In this document: one piece after another, positions 20,324 to 30,976 of the stretch | Layout of the letters: each line of letters opens with the position of its first letter | Numbering within the stretch: position 1 is the first letter of the stretch | Translations under genes and position numbers: made by a program | DNA from: Malassezia furfur | Lineage: Eukaryota | Assembly: GCA_052055015.1 (NCBI GenBank) | Contig: JBQJIT010000069.1 | Strand: one strand, 5' to 3' | Length of the DNA: 35,952 bases | The notes under the pieces: generated by a model | What the model saw: the letters and a program-made list of their open reading frames with translations, nothing else | Database searches by the model: none | What the model was told of the DNA's origin: nothing

Positions 20324-21860
20324 CTAACTATGCTCATACCCCGTAAACGCCCGCGCACGCTCTGCGTGTTAGTGACGTGCGCACCGCACAGCTGGAAGAC
20401 GCGCAGCCCGCTCTTGTTGCTCTTGAGCGCCATCGTGTACTTGCGCACCGTGTGTAGCAGGTCGTAACGCCGCGGTCCCGTCGTGGTCAAGAGCTGCGTC
20501 AGGCAGCACAACGCACCTGAGCGAGAATCGGCAGGCCCTGCTGTGTGAGCGCCACATCCACCAACAGTGGGCGCGCCCCGGCCCCATGCGCCGGCGCCGC
20601 AGGTGCACACAGCCGCTCGGCGAGCGCCATGCCCACAGACGTGTCGCTCACGCGCAGGATGACCTGCACGGCTTTGGCACCATACGGCGATAGGCACACG
20701 GTAGCGACATGACGCAGCAGCAGCTCCGCGACGCGGTCCTGCACGTCGCGGCTGCCGTGCTCGGCGAGGTGCTGGATCACCCACACCCCGTACTGGTCAC
20801 ACACACACTCGACAAAGTGCGTCAACAGCTCCGCGACGCATGCGCTCGACGCACCCACGAGGCCGCTGCGCAGCAGGTCCTGCACCAGCACACTGCCCAC
20901 TTCGTCCGTCGCGACCGCCAGCCACCGGCCCTGGAGGTGTGCTTGGACCGTGGCAGCGATGTGGGCACGCACCTCGGCATCCCACGGCAGCGTCCAGATC
21001 GTCTGCCACACGGGCGCCGCACTGGGGCGCAGCAGCGTCTGGGCCAGAGGCGTCTGCAGCAGCTCGTGCAGCACAGCGTAGCGCACGTCCGTGGCCACCT
21101 CGAGCACGCGCTGCACGACAAGCGCGCCATGGGCGGACAGCGCCAGGATCGCGAACGAGCCCTGCAGACGCCAGGCCAGGCTTGGCTCCCGGCCCAGTGC
21201 GCGGTGCACCACGAACCGGCCGTACGCGTCCGAGGCGAGAGGGATAAGCCGCCGCCGCACCGCCGGCACCACGTCCGGTGCGCGTGTGTCGTCCTTGAGG
21301 CAGTGCTGCAGCGCGATGCACGACGCTCCGTCATGTTGCACCAATACCTGGCGCACGAGCTCGGATGCGTCGACGACATCACGCGGCGGCATCGCCTCGG
21401 GCGGCGGATCGGGGACGCGGATGGCGCGCGCCCAGTCGATGCGCGACGGCGCACCGAACAGCGCACACTGCTCCTCAAACGACGTCCCAATCGTCGTCAT
21501 CTGGCGGTTCTGCAGCACTTTTTCGGGAAACGCATGCACCCCATATGGATGCATGCTGGGTGGAGCGTCGTCCCAAAACGGATTGAACTCGTCGGGCGTC
21601 TCGGCCCCGGAGCGCGGCGGCACGAGCACGCGCGGCACCGCACCGGCCGCTGCATCCTCCTCCAAACTCGCGATGCGTCGCTCCAGCGCAGTGAGACGGC
21701 GCTCCAGGCCCCCGGTACACGCCGACGCCCCTGGCCACGCGCGCGACTGGCTACTAGTGCTCGGCCATGTCGTTGGCGTCGACTCGGTCGCATAGCCACC
21801 GGGCGTCGCCTGCACGTCGAACCGGGGTGAGGGGCTCGGACTGGTGCCCGGGTCCGACAT
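20324..21860 (-). CDS. Pumilio/PUF-repeat-like protein, complete copy
   Basis: Disordered N-terminus with a short coiled coil (LERRLTALERRIASLEED), then about 8 PUF-like repeats (LASDAYGRFVVHRAL, LALSAHGALVVQRVLE, etc.). Two short 3' introns as in copy A. Confidence 0.7.
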
Positions 21861-22052
21861 TGCGTTGCACTACATAGTCTTACCGCCTTGCTATATAGCA
21901 CACGTCCCGCGGCCAGTGCACACCATCAGCCCCCTCCCCAAGGCCTCCGCGTGCGGGCCGAGCCGCAGCACCAACCACGGCGGACGCTTCCGGGCGGGCC
22001 GACCCGCTCGCACGAGCCACGCCTCGCACCTCCACAGCCCCCCGCGCCAAGG

Positions 22053-23372
22053 ATGACGGGGTCTGATCCACGATCACGCGCCAAGCCTGCGCAGCCCCGA
22101 GATCTCCCGCAGCCCGACATTGAAATGGCCTCTGATGTGGGGGTCGAGGAAGAAGACCTCGTTTCCAACGCGTGGGCAGAAGAGACCGAGGGGGAAATCC
22201 ACCTTAGCACGCCGTTCCAGCCGTCGTCGCTCGCGTGGCAGTCGGTGCCGTCACACAACGACGTCCACGCACCGCCGCCCATGTCGGCGCACGCGCGGCG
22301 GCAGCTGTTTGTACGCACGCTCGCGTTCTTGGCCGTGCTGCTGGGCGGCGCCATCCTCGCGCTCGTCGTCACCGTACGACTTGCACTCCCAGTGATTGCC
22401 GAAGAAGACCGCGCCGCGCTTCGGATCCCACGTAACTTTGAGCAGCTCAAGGAACTGAACGACGCCTTGCAGCACTACAGTCATACCCACTTTTTCCGTG
22501 TCATGATCGCCTGGACGGCCATCTACCTCTTGTACGCACCGCACACCTGACCCAGCCTGCAAACCTTCTCGGTTCCCGGCTCGATGTACATGAACATCCT
22601 CGCCGGCGCCATGTGGGGGATGCCAATCTCCGTGCCGTGGGTGTGCGCATGCATCGCGACAGGATCCACGCTATGCTATCTCCTCAGCCGCGCTGCGGGA
22701 CAGTGTCTCCTGCTGCTGCCCCGCTGGGAGCAGCGCGTGCAGTCGTGGCGCACCGTCGTCCAGCAATACGACCAAAATATGCTGTGGTACATGACCCTGC
22801 TTCGGTACGTCTAGCCCACCTTACGCAGAATGATGCCCGTCCCGCCCGACTTTATGCTCAACATCGTCGCGCCTCACCTCGGCATCGACATCGGTCTGTT
22901 TTGGGTGTCGTGCTTCCTGGGCGTGATCTCCATGGTGCTCGTCCACACAGCCATCGGCGAGGAGCTCGGGGATATGACAAGCTCGGCGGATTTCCACGTG
23001 TTCAGCTTCAAGAACGTGCTGATCATGGTGGTTGTCGGTATCGCCATGGTCGTTCCGATCCTCGTAAAGCGATACGTGCAGCCTCCCGAGGACATCGACG
23101 AGACCCAAGGCGCCATTAGCCTCGGCACCGACACACAGCCCTGGCGCGAGCGCATCCACGCTGCGCTGCAGCCACTGCTCGCCCGAATCCATCCACACTG
23201 GCGCCAGCGCGATGCGGGCTTTGCCGAGGTCGCGGAGGACAGCGACGAGGAACTGAGCGATTCGGTGTCGGCGTGGCGCAATATGCCGTCCCCCGAGGCA
23301 GGATCGAACCGCGCACTACAAACCATGCCAGTGTTGACGACGGCGCATGCGTTTGAGGACGATGCAAGCTAA
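22053..23372 (+). CDS. TMEM41/Tvp38 (VTT/DedA, SNARE-associated) membrane protein
   Basis: YLFLQTFSVPGSMYMNILAGAMWG, ATGSTLCYLLS and LLRMMPVPPDFMLNIVAPHLGI after removing introns 22532-22555 and 22805-22828. Start ATG uncertain (22053 or 22125). Confidence 0.82.
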
Positions 23373-23472
23373 GCCGCACATGCATCTACCGTATACCATC
23401 CCCTTCACCTCGCAACCCGATCGGACGACCGGCGTGCAGCGCGGCATAGGACAAAAACGTGCCTGGCTACTT

Positions 23473-24405
23473 CTACTCATTGATCGACGCCTCAGCACTC
23501 GCAGTGGCCGCAAGGCGCGTACGACGACGTTCGGCCTCAGCCTCCTGCTCCGCCTCAATCACCTTGACGACCTCTTCGATTTCGGACAATTCGAGATTCT
23601 GGGTCAGCCCGTGGACACCTACCCTCACTTGACCATAGCCTGTCATGACCGCAATTTCGATGTCTGGTGTGTGAGTCATTGCACGTACTTTTCGCGCCCG
23701 TCTGCACCACCTCCAGCAGGCTCTTGACCGTCAGCTTGATCGTCTCCTCCTGGGACATGCCGCCCTTGTAGTTCTTCTCGAGGAACTCGCGCACGGTCTT
23801 GGACGAGCGGCCAATCGCATTCGCCTTCCACGCAGAGTACATCCCGGATGGCTCGGTCTGGTACAGACGCGGCACGTCATCGTGCGGGTCAAACCCGATG
23901 ATGAGGGTCGAAATGCCAAACGGCCGCATACCGCCCGACTGTGTGTATTTTTGCTGCACGCCAGCAATGTAGCGCGTGATAAAGTCGACCGTAGTTGGGT
24001 CTTCCACCGTCAGCCGGTGCGACTGGCACTCGATCCGTGCCTTGTCAATCAGGATGCGCGCGTCGGCGTTCAGACCCGCAAACGCCAGGCAAATATGGTC
24101 GTCCAGCATCGCCGTCTTACGCACCGTCCGCGGGTCCTGCAGCTGCTGCAGGCTCTTCTTCTCCACCCCCAGCACAACGACATCCTTACCGCGGATGCCT
24201 ACTGCACACGTGCCCTTGCGCACCGCTTCAAGCGCATAGTCGACCTGGAACCTGGGTCAGAAGAAGAGGCACGCACAAATGGCCTGGTGTGAGCGCGCGC
24301 TGAAAAACATACCGTCCGGTGAAAATACGGTGAGCGCTGCACCGCAGGTTAGTACACGTCCACATCGATACGGCACTACGCACCTCGGTCGTACGACCCC
24401 GACAT
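23473..24405 (-). CDS. PRE6: 20S proteasome alpha-4 subunit (Pre6/PSMA7)
   Basis: Spliced N-terminus [66 protein letters not shown]. About five short introns, including a pair around a 7-nt exon (24277-24283). Confidence 0.92.
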
Positions 24406-24589
24406 GGTTGCTAGCGCCAATGCCCCGGCGGCGTCGCTCAACGCGTACGCGCACCGATCACTAAGTGGAAATATGTGCTTATTTCCTATCGTGCGGAAGC
24501 ACCTACGGCGGGGAGCGGCGGACCCTGCGACCCGCGCGCGGTCGTACGAGCGAGCATTTTTGAGGAAACAAGGGGAGCGCAAAACGCGC

Positions 24590-25273
24590 CTAGCTGAGGC
24601 TCATGATCGCGTTGATCAGGTCGCCGTCCGACTCCTTCAGCGCCTTGACGGCCTTCCGGCGGGAGACGGACACCTGCTCCATAACGAGGTCGACGTCCTT
24701 CGAGTCCACACCGGTCTCGTCAATCGGCGCGCTGTCGTCCTCCTCCTCCTCCTCCTGCACCTTCTTCGACGAGGCCAGGTCCGCCGCGTTGAACTGCGGC
24801 TCGGTGCTGGCACCGTCCATACCCTTCTGCTGGGCCTCGGCCTGGAGGAGCTGCTGCGCAGCCTGGGCCTGCGCGAACGCGCTCATGTCCTCGTTCTTCA
24901 CCTCACCGAAGATGATGTACACGTCGGACACCGACGACTTGTACACGTCGGGGTTGCTCACAACGTACAGGTGCTGCGTTAGTTTGCGCGCACCAGAAAT
25001 ACTTACACCACGAGGGCGGCGCAGCGTCACGCGCTTGATGCCAGCCACGCGCTTCAGGCCAATGTTCTGCAGCGTCTTGCGGCTCTTGCGCTCCGCGCGC
25101 GACTGCACACGGTCGGGCACACCGACTTCCGTGTCGTTCTCATCCTGGGGGGCATCCTGGACCTGGATCTAAACGAGCAGAGGCACATTCGCACCATACG
25201 GTCAGCATCCTGAACTGCATCATGAAAAGAAACTCACGTCCTTCACGTCGTCCGTGATCTCCTCAATGGACAT
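24590..25273 (-). CDS. EGD2: Nascent polypeptide-associated complex alpha subunit
   Basis: MSIEEITD start, NAC domain (SRAERKSRK..GLKRVAGIKRVTLRRP..PDVYKS..YIIFGE), UBA-like tail (DVDLVMEQVSVSRRKAVKALKESDGDLINAIMSL). Introns 25169-25237 and 24974-25006. Confidence 0.93.
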
Positions 25274-25374
25274 GGTAGTGCGTTGGGGTAAAGCAACGCC
25301 AGCGACAACGATCGGTGCCGATTCGCGCTTCTTCGCCCATCCACTAAAACTGCACGCCGCAGCCGAAACCGGAT

Positions 25375-25389
25375 CACGTGGACCACGTG
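25375..25389. promoter_or_regulatory. Tandem CACGTG E-boxes in the divergent EGD2/ISA2 promoter
   Basis: CACGTG at 25375-25380 and 25384-25389. The same hexamer recurs near several other start codons. Confidence 0.45.
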
Positions 25390-25433
25390 GCATGGCACGA
25401 CCGTCGGTGGCGAATGTACCTGTCCACCTCACG

Positions 25434-26031
25434 ATGACCGCGGCGCGTCTCAGTATGCGTCGTGCGCTTCGGCTCGCCCAGCCGAGTCGCGGCTTCAGCA
25501 TGCGTACTCTTGTTGGTATGAATCTACCGCGCACAGCACAACAAAGCCCATATACCGCCACACCCTCCCGGGTACCTCGGCTAAGTCCGCTACGGCTGCG
25601 CACCATCTCGACCCTCGTGTCCAAGCCAGAGTACCCCGAAGATGAGTCAGTCCTGGAGGGCGACCCGCCCTTGGTGCACCTCACCAAGCGCGCAATTGCT
25701 AAGATCAAGGCAGTGGCGGAAAGTGACAACGATCCAAAGACGGCGCTGCGCATCATTGTCGAACCCGGAGGCTGTCACGGTTACATGTACAAGTTGGAAA
25801 TTACCAACAAATACGATGACGATGACTTGTACGTTCTGACTGACTAACAACAGCGTTTTCGAAGACAACGGGTCGCGTATTGTCGTGGACAGCTTCTCGC
25901 TCGCACTTGTCCGTGGAAGCACCATTGACTATGTCACAGAGCTGATCGGAAGCCAGTTCGCCATCAAAGACAACCCACAGGCCAAGGGAAGCGGCTGCGG
26001 GTGTGGCGTGAGCTGGGAGCCGATCATCTAA
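25434..26031 (+). CDS. ISA2: Mitochondrial A-type Fe-S cluster assembly protein (Isa2/ISCA2-like)
   Basis: Arg/Ser-rich presequence, LRIIVEPGGCHGYMY, TIDYVTELIGSQF, CGCGVSW. Intron 25829-25853. Start codon uncertain (25392 is also in frame). Confidence 0.82.
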
Positions 26032-26405
26032 TACCACGTTAGGACGCCTTCGAAAATACGCCTCTTCGCCCTACCTTCGGGACCCACGCGTAATGACTGT
26101 CCGTATTCTTTTGGTATAGATGTGTGGTCCGAGCGTCGGAATCGCCGGCGCGGACCCGGCGTAGCTGCCTGCAACTTGTACACTACTACCCTACCGCTCC
26201 GCTCGCTTGGCGCAGCCAATGCACGTGCACTATTTCATCCGTGCGCAGGGATTGTGCATCCCCGGATTCGCCTGCCCAGGGATCCCTGTCGATATCTGGT
26301 TTCTGACTAAAGCATAGGGCTGCTTAGTCACTCGTCGCCCTACCAGTCTGGGGTTTTAGCACCGGCCGGCGTTACGGATCCCTGCGACACTGTTCCATTT
26401 CGGCC

Positions 26406-29400
26406 ATGTCGGCGGAGAATCCAATAAAGGTACGCACCCTTGGTGTCTTGGGAAGCAAAGAATGTCGCTAACAACATGTTACAGTGGTTCAGCCACTGGT
26501 TTCAAAACGTATGTCGCCTTACGCGTCCGTCTTACGTTACAGCTCACCTCCGAGGGCCAACCGGCGCCTCCCAAGGCCTTGGAGGAAAAATATACCATGA
26601 CAGGCCAGACCCTTGGGTTTGGTACTTTTGCCGTCGTGCGCGTATGCGTGCACAAGGAGACCAATACGCGACGTGCCGTGAAGATCATTGCGCGGAAACC
26701 GCTTAGTGCTGGACAGGGGCACGAGGTGAACGTCGAGGTCCTTCCGGCACGGCAGGCGCGCGACGAAATCAAGATTTTGTTGAATTTGCACCATCCGAAC
26801 ATGTACGTCGTGGCGCGTGGGTGTGCTGACTGCCAGCCTCCGGCTTTGGGACGTCTTTGAAACCGAAGAGGCTCTGTTCATGATCACCGATTTGTGTGAG
26901 GGTGGCGAGTTGTTTGACAGCATTGTAAAGCGCGTGAGCTATAACGAGCACGATGCAGGGTTTGTCACACGCGAGATCCTGCGCGGCGTCGTGTATCTCC
27001 ATCAGAACAAGATCGTGCATCGCGACTTGAAGCCAGAAAATATTCTCCTAATGGCCAACAACAGCATTAACCATGTGCGTTGTCCCGCGCTCACCCAGAT
27101 CGTCATCTCCGACTTTGGATTGGCGAAAATTATGCCAGACGAGGGCATGCTGCTCACGGCGTGCGGTTCGCCGCAATACGTTGCACCCGAGGTGCTGCTT
27201 GGCGTGGGCTACAATGGGCTGGTGGATGTGTGGTCGGTGGGTGTGATTGTGTTTGCGCTGCTCTCGGGCTACACCCCATTCTACTCCACCGAGGTCCAGA
27301 CACTCTTTCAGAAGATTATTTCGTTCGATTACAAGTTTGACGAAAAGTACTGGTCGGACAAGAGCGATCTCGCAAAAGACTTTGTGCGGAAATGCCTGTG
27401 CGATCGGAGCCAGCGCATGACGGCGCAGGAGGCGCTTGAGCACCCGTGGATTGCGCAGATCGGCGCCTTGCACGACGACCACGAGCACATTCCACCACTC
27501 AAACGCGCCTTGGACAAGTCGGCGTCGGCCTCCAGGATCGACGATACCGACAATCTGGCCGTCCAGCTCGAGCGCATGGAGGAGATCAAGCGCGTGCGCA
27601 GCCAGCGGAACACAAGCTCGCCGGAGAGCGAGCAGCGCCTGGGTCGATTTTTACGAGACTTCAAAGATGAGCTAGATGGATTCTCGAAACGCACCCCGAC
27701 GCCGTCCGTGGACAAGGGCAAGTCGCGCGAGCAGCCCACGCCGCGGGTGTCGGATGCGGCCAAGCCCGTGCCCGGTAGTTCCAGCAAGGTCGCCAAGAGC
27801 GGCGAATCGCAGCGCGCGCCCCATTCGTACACGCGCCATTATATCCGCGAATCGACCTCTGGTTCGCAGCCGCAAAAGGAGACCAAAACCGCCGAGGTGC
27901 TCAACGAGCTGCTCGAGCACTACCGCACCGCGAAACGCCCCTCCTTCTCGCGTGTGGACCCGAGCATCGAGGTGAAGCCGAATAGCAGCACGACGCTGCA
28001 AAAGGCCGTCAAGATGGTGCCGACGCTGTTCAACCAGGGCCTGTCGATCGGCGGCATCATTGCATCGCACGCCATCTACGGGCCGCCCAAGAAGTCGTGG
28101 GGCGTCGAGATGTCGGTGCTCACCAAGACGATCCGTGAGATCTCCAAGCACACCGACTTGACGACGGTGCCGCTGCTGCAAAAGGTGTTTGACCTCGCAC
28201 GCTTCCTCCCCGTTCCCGAGGACGGCCTGGTGACGCCCGTCACCTTCCGCGTAAAGCGCCGCAACCTCCCGGGCATCCTCGCCGACGACGACGCGAAAGA
28301 GAACGGGAAACGCGAGCTGACCGGCGAGTGGATCGTCGGCAAGCAGACCTGGCGGCGTCTACAGGGCGAGTGGCAGTCGGGCAAGCGCTCGGGCAAGGAG
28401 CGCGTCATCCTCTATATCCACGGCGGCGCCTACTTTGTCATGTCGGCCATCACACACCGGCCGCTGACCATTGCGCTGAGCAAGTACTGCGAATGCCGTG
28501 TGTTCTGCATCAACTACCGCCTCGCGCCCGACTCCATTTTCCCCGGAGCGCTGCTCGACTGCGTCGCTGCGTGGTTCCGCCTGACGGACGACCTACACAT
28601 CCCGCCGGCCAACATTGTGCTCGCGGCCGACAGCGCGGGCGGCGGTCTGGCGATTGCGCTCATGATGTACCTGCGTGACAACAAGTTTGCCATGCCCGGC
28701 GGCGCCATCCTCTTTAGCCCGTGGGTCGACCTGACGCTGTCGTGCGACTCGTGGGAGACGAACAAAGACTTTGACTACCTGCCGCGGCCCAACAACGGCG
28801 ACCACATGCACCCCGTCGCGGCCTACCTGGGCCCCAACTTTGACAAGTACCTCACACACCCGTACGTGAGTCCCTTGTTCGGGGACATGCACGGTCTTCC
28901 ACCGCTCCTGATCCAGACGGGCGATGCAGAGGTGTTGCGCGACGAAAACATCCTGTTCGCCCACAAGTGCACGCTCGCGGGTGTGCCTGTGCGCCACGAG
29001 ATCTACGAGGACTGCGTGCACGTCTTCCAGTTCTTCCTGTTCCTTGACGCGAGCCGCAAGGCGCTCCAGAGCGCACGCCACTTCATGCGCACGGCGCTCG
29101 ACAAGCGGCCCAAGCGCCAGGCGACCAAGGTCACCGAAGACACCCGCGAGCAGCTCAACACCGAGATGAGCGGCGGCATGAACAACGCGCAAGGCCAAAA
29201 GGTGGACTCGACCACGGGCACGCCCTCCGTGCAAGTGGCCACGCCCGAGGAGGAGCACGACCACGTCACACTCAAGAACTACGGACCCACCGACGACGAC
29301 GAAGAGGACTGGGCGCTCGACAGCAACAGCGATACCGACAAGGACGAAGGCGAGATTAATCTGCCGCGCGACCCCTCCTTGCTGGCCGCCAAGAAGGCGG

Positions 29401-29552
29401 AAGGCGCGCCCGACGCCGGCGCAGCCGACGCCGGCGCGTCGCCATCCAAGGCGCCCAAGGACAAAGCGCCACAGGACAGCCAGGCCGAGGCGCCATCCGA
29501 CAGCCAGGCTGCGTCCGACGCGCCGCCCTCGTCCAAGGCCGAGCAGAGCTAG
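26406..29552 (+). CDS. CAMK-group Ser/Thr kinase fused to an HSL-family (abhydrolase_3) lipase/esterase
   Basis: Kinase motifs LGFGTFAVV, AVKII, GGELFD, HRDLKPEN, DFG, ACGSPQYVAPE, DVWSVG, HPW. The same stop-free frame continues to HGGA, NYRLAP, ADSAGGG, SPWVDL, GDAEVLRDE, HVFQ. Four introns in the kinase half, the last at 27075-27098. Confidence 0.85.
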
Positions 29553-29696
29553 GGACAGCAAGACTGCGTCCAGCCCCGTGGGCCCCTGAGCCCTTAGCCG
29601 CGTTCCATAGGCACGAATAGGTGCCCCACCAATCGCTTGCGTTGCCAAGAAAAAAATGAGCAAGCACTATGCTGAAGAGCGCAGGGCGCCGACTAC

Positions 29697-30310
29697 TTAC
29701 TTGGGGATGTCCTGCTCGGGGATCGGCTTCTCACCCGACACAGGGAGCACCGGCTCGTTGTCGTGCAAGTAGCCCTTGCCGTAGAAGGTGAGCACACCCA
29801 CGGCGCTGCCGAGACCGGCACCGCCAAGCATGCCCGTAATGAGACCCACGCGGCGCACTGTGGTAAGCACTCGGCACATACGGAAGAGGGCAGGGAGCGT
29901 CAGCGCACCCACGACACTGCCAATCAGCTGGTAGTCGTCACGACGCGCCTGTAGGTCAGACACCGGAAGAAATTACGTACGCGCACCACGTCCAGACGCG
30001 AGTCGCTCACGCGGCGGGCCAGCACGGCCGGCGAGAGCTGCGAGCCCTCGACCCAGCCACCGGCGCCACCGATCACGGCACCAATCAGCGGGACGGCGAT
30101 GCTGTGTGAGTCGCGGGACCTACTTGTAGCGGGCAAGACCGCGCAGGCGGAACGAGCCCTTGCGAAGCGCGTGCACCAAGTAGGTCGGCGTCGCGGCGAC
30201 GCTGGCAACCTGGGCGCCTGTACATTAGTACACATGCACGTACCAAGCAGGCTGCGGAACGCGATGAGATACGACTGATCTTCTTGGTTGTGAACCGACG
30301 TGAAGGCCAT
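29697..30310 (-). CDS. Small Gly-rich multi-pass membrane protein of unknown function
   Basis: Four GT-AG introns with CTRAC-like branch points give a continuous ~165-aa frame from MAFTSVHNQEDQ to PEQDIPK*, with hydrophobic GxxxG helices (VPLIGAVIGGAGGW, GMLGGAGLGSAVG). Confidence 0.7.
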
Positions 30311-30496
30311 CGTTGCAATCAGGAATTCGCCGCTCGCCGGGGACGGCCTTGCATCGCACGTCCCCCTGCCCAGGTTAATCACGTGCGCGGACTGCGGGGC
30401 CCGGCACGAAGATCGCCCGCAAGCGGCGCGCGCGCAGCATAGCCCGGTTGTGCGCAGCCAGGATGTTGTGGCTATGGAGGGGAAATAGAGGACATA

Positions 30497-30914
30497 CTAC
30501 ACGACAATGAGCTGCGTTAGTGGACGGGTCGGGACAATGTACCTTGCGCATAGCAATAAACACGGTGATCATCAGCGTGAACCTGGAGGGGTTAGGGCCT
30601 GGCACGTACAGGAAGCTCGCATACGCGTTCGACGACAGATCCTTGGAGTCCTTCATGGGCGCATGCGGCTTGATGTTGATGATCTGTGCAACGCCGAGCA
30701 TCACCGCGAGGGACGTCACGTCAGGGAAGGGCGAGATGATCGACATCGACGCAAGCAGACTGCGTCAGCGTAGCGACACCTACGTAATGCCACTCAGGAG
30801 CGTCTCGTACGTGAGGCTCTCGTCCTTGATCCAGGCCACAGGCATCGTCAAGGGACGCACTGCGCCCGCGTTGCGGGGGTCCGTCTTGTCGACACGCCGC
30901 GCCAACGTCGCCAT
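30497..30914 (-). CDS. Asterix/PAT10 (UPF0139)-like small ER membrane protein
   Basis: Three short introns give ~110 aa: MATLARRVDKTDPRNAGAVRP..., three hydrophobic segments, ending MRKLIVV*. The N-terminal DPR motif and topology resemble Asterix. Confidence 0.55.
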
Positions 30915-30976
30915 GGTGGGTGGAGGAGTGCTGACGTAAACCGTGGCCGCCGCACGGCCGCTCGACGTGCACGACG

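Larger units (their letters stand above)
10497..20989. repeat. Right arm of the inverted duplication
   Basis: Reverse-complement homolog of 1-~10458. The junction falls in the 14-bp palindrome cgccgccggcggcg at 10490-10503. Confidence 0.97.

Noticed and set aside
1..20989. Inverted arms as terminal inverted repeats of a giant transposon or virus
   Set aside because: The arms contain only housekeeping genes, meet with no internal cargo, and there is no transposase, integrase or target-site duplication.
25169..25237. Possible snoRNA or extra 15-nt micro-exon in the 69-nt first EGD2 intron (ATGATGC...CTGA on the minus strand)
   Set aside because: The boxes are only about 11 nt apart, CTGAC is equally a branch-point motif, and no guide was recognised. 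It cannot be resolved without RNA-seq.
26032..26405. Lower-GC 370-bp spacer as an ncRNA or centromere-like element
   Set aside because: No recognisable tRNA or snoRNA motifs, and the GC drop is modest. It is adequately explained as the ISA2 terminator plus the kinase promoter/5' UTR.
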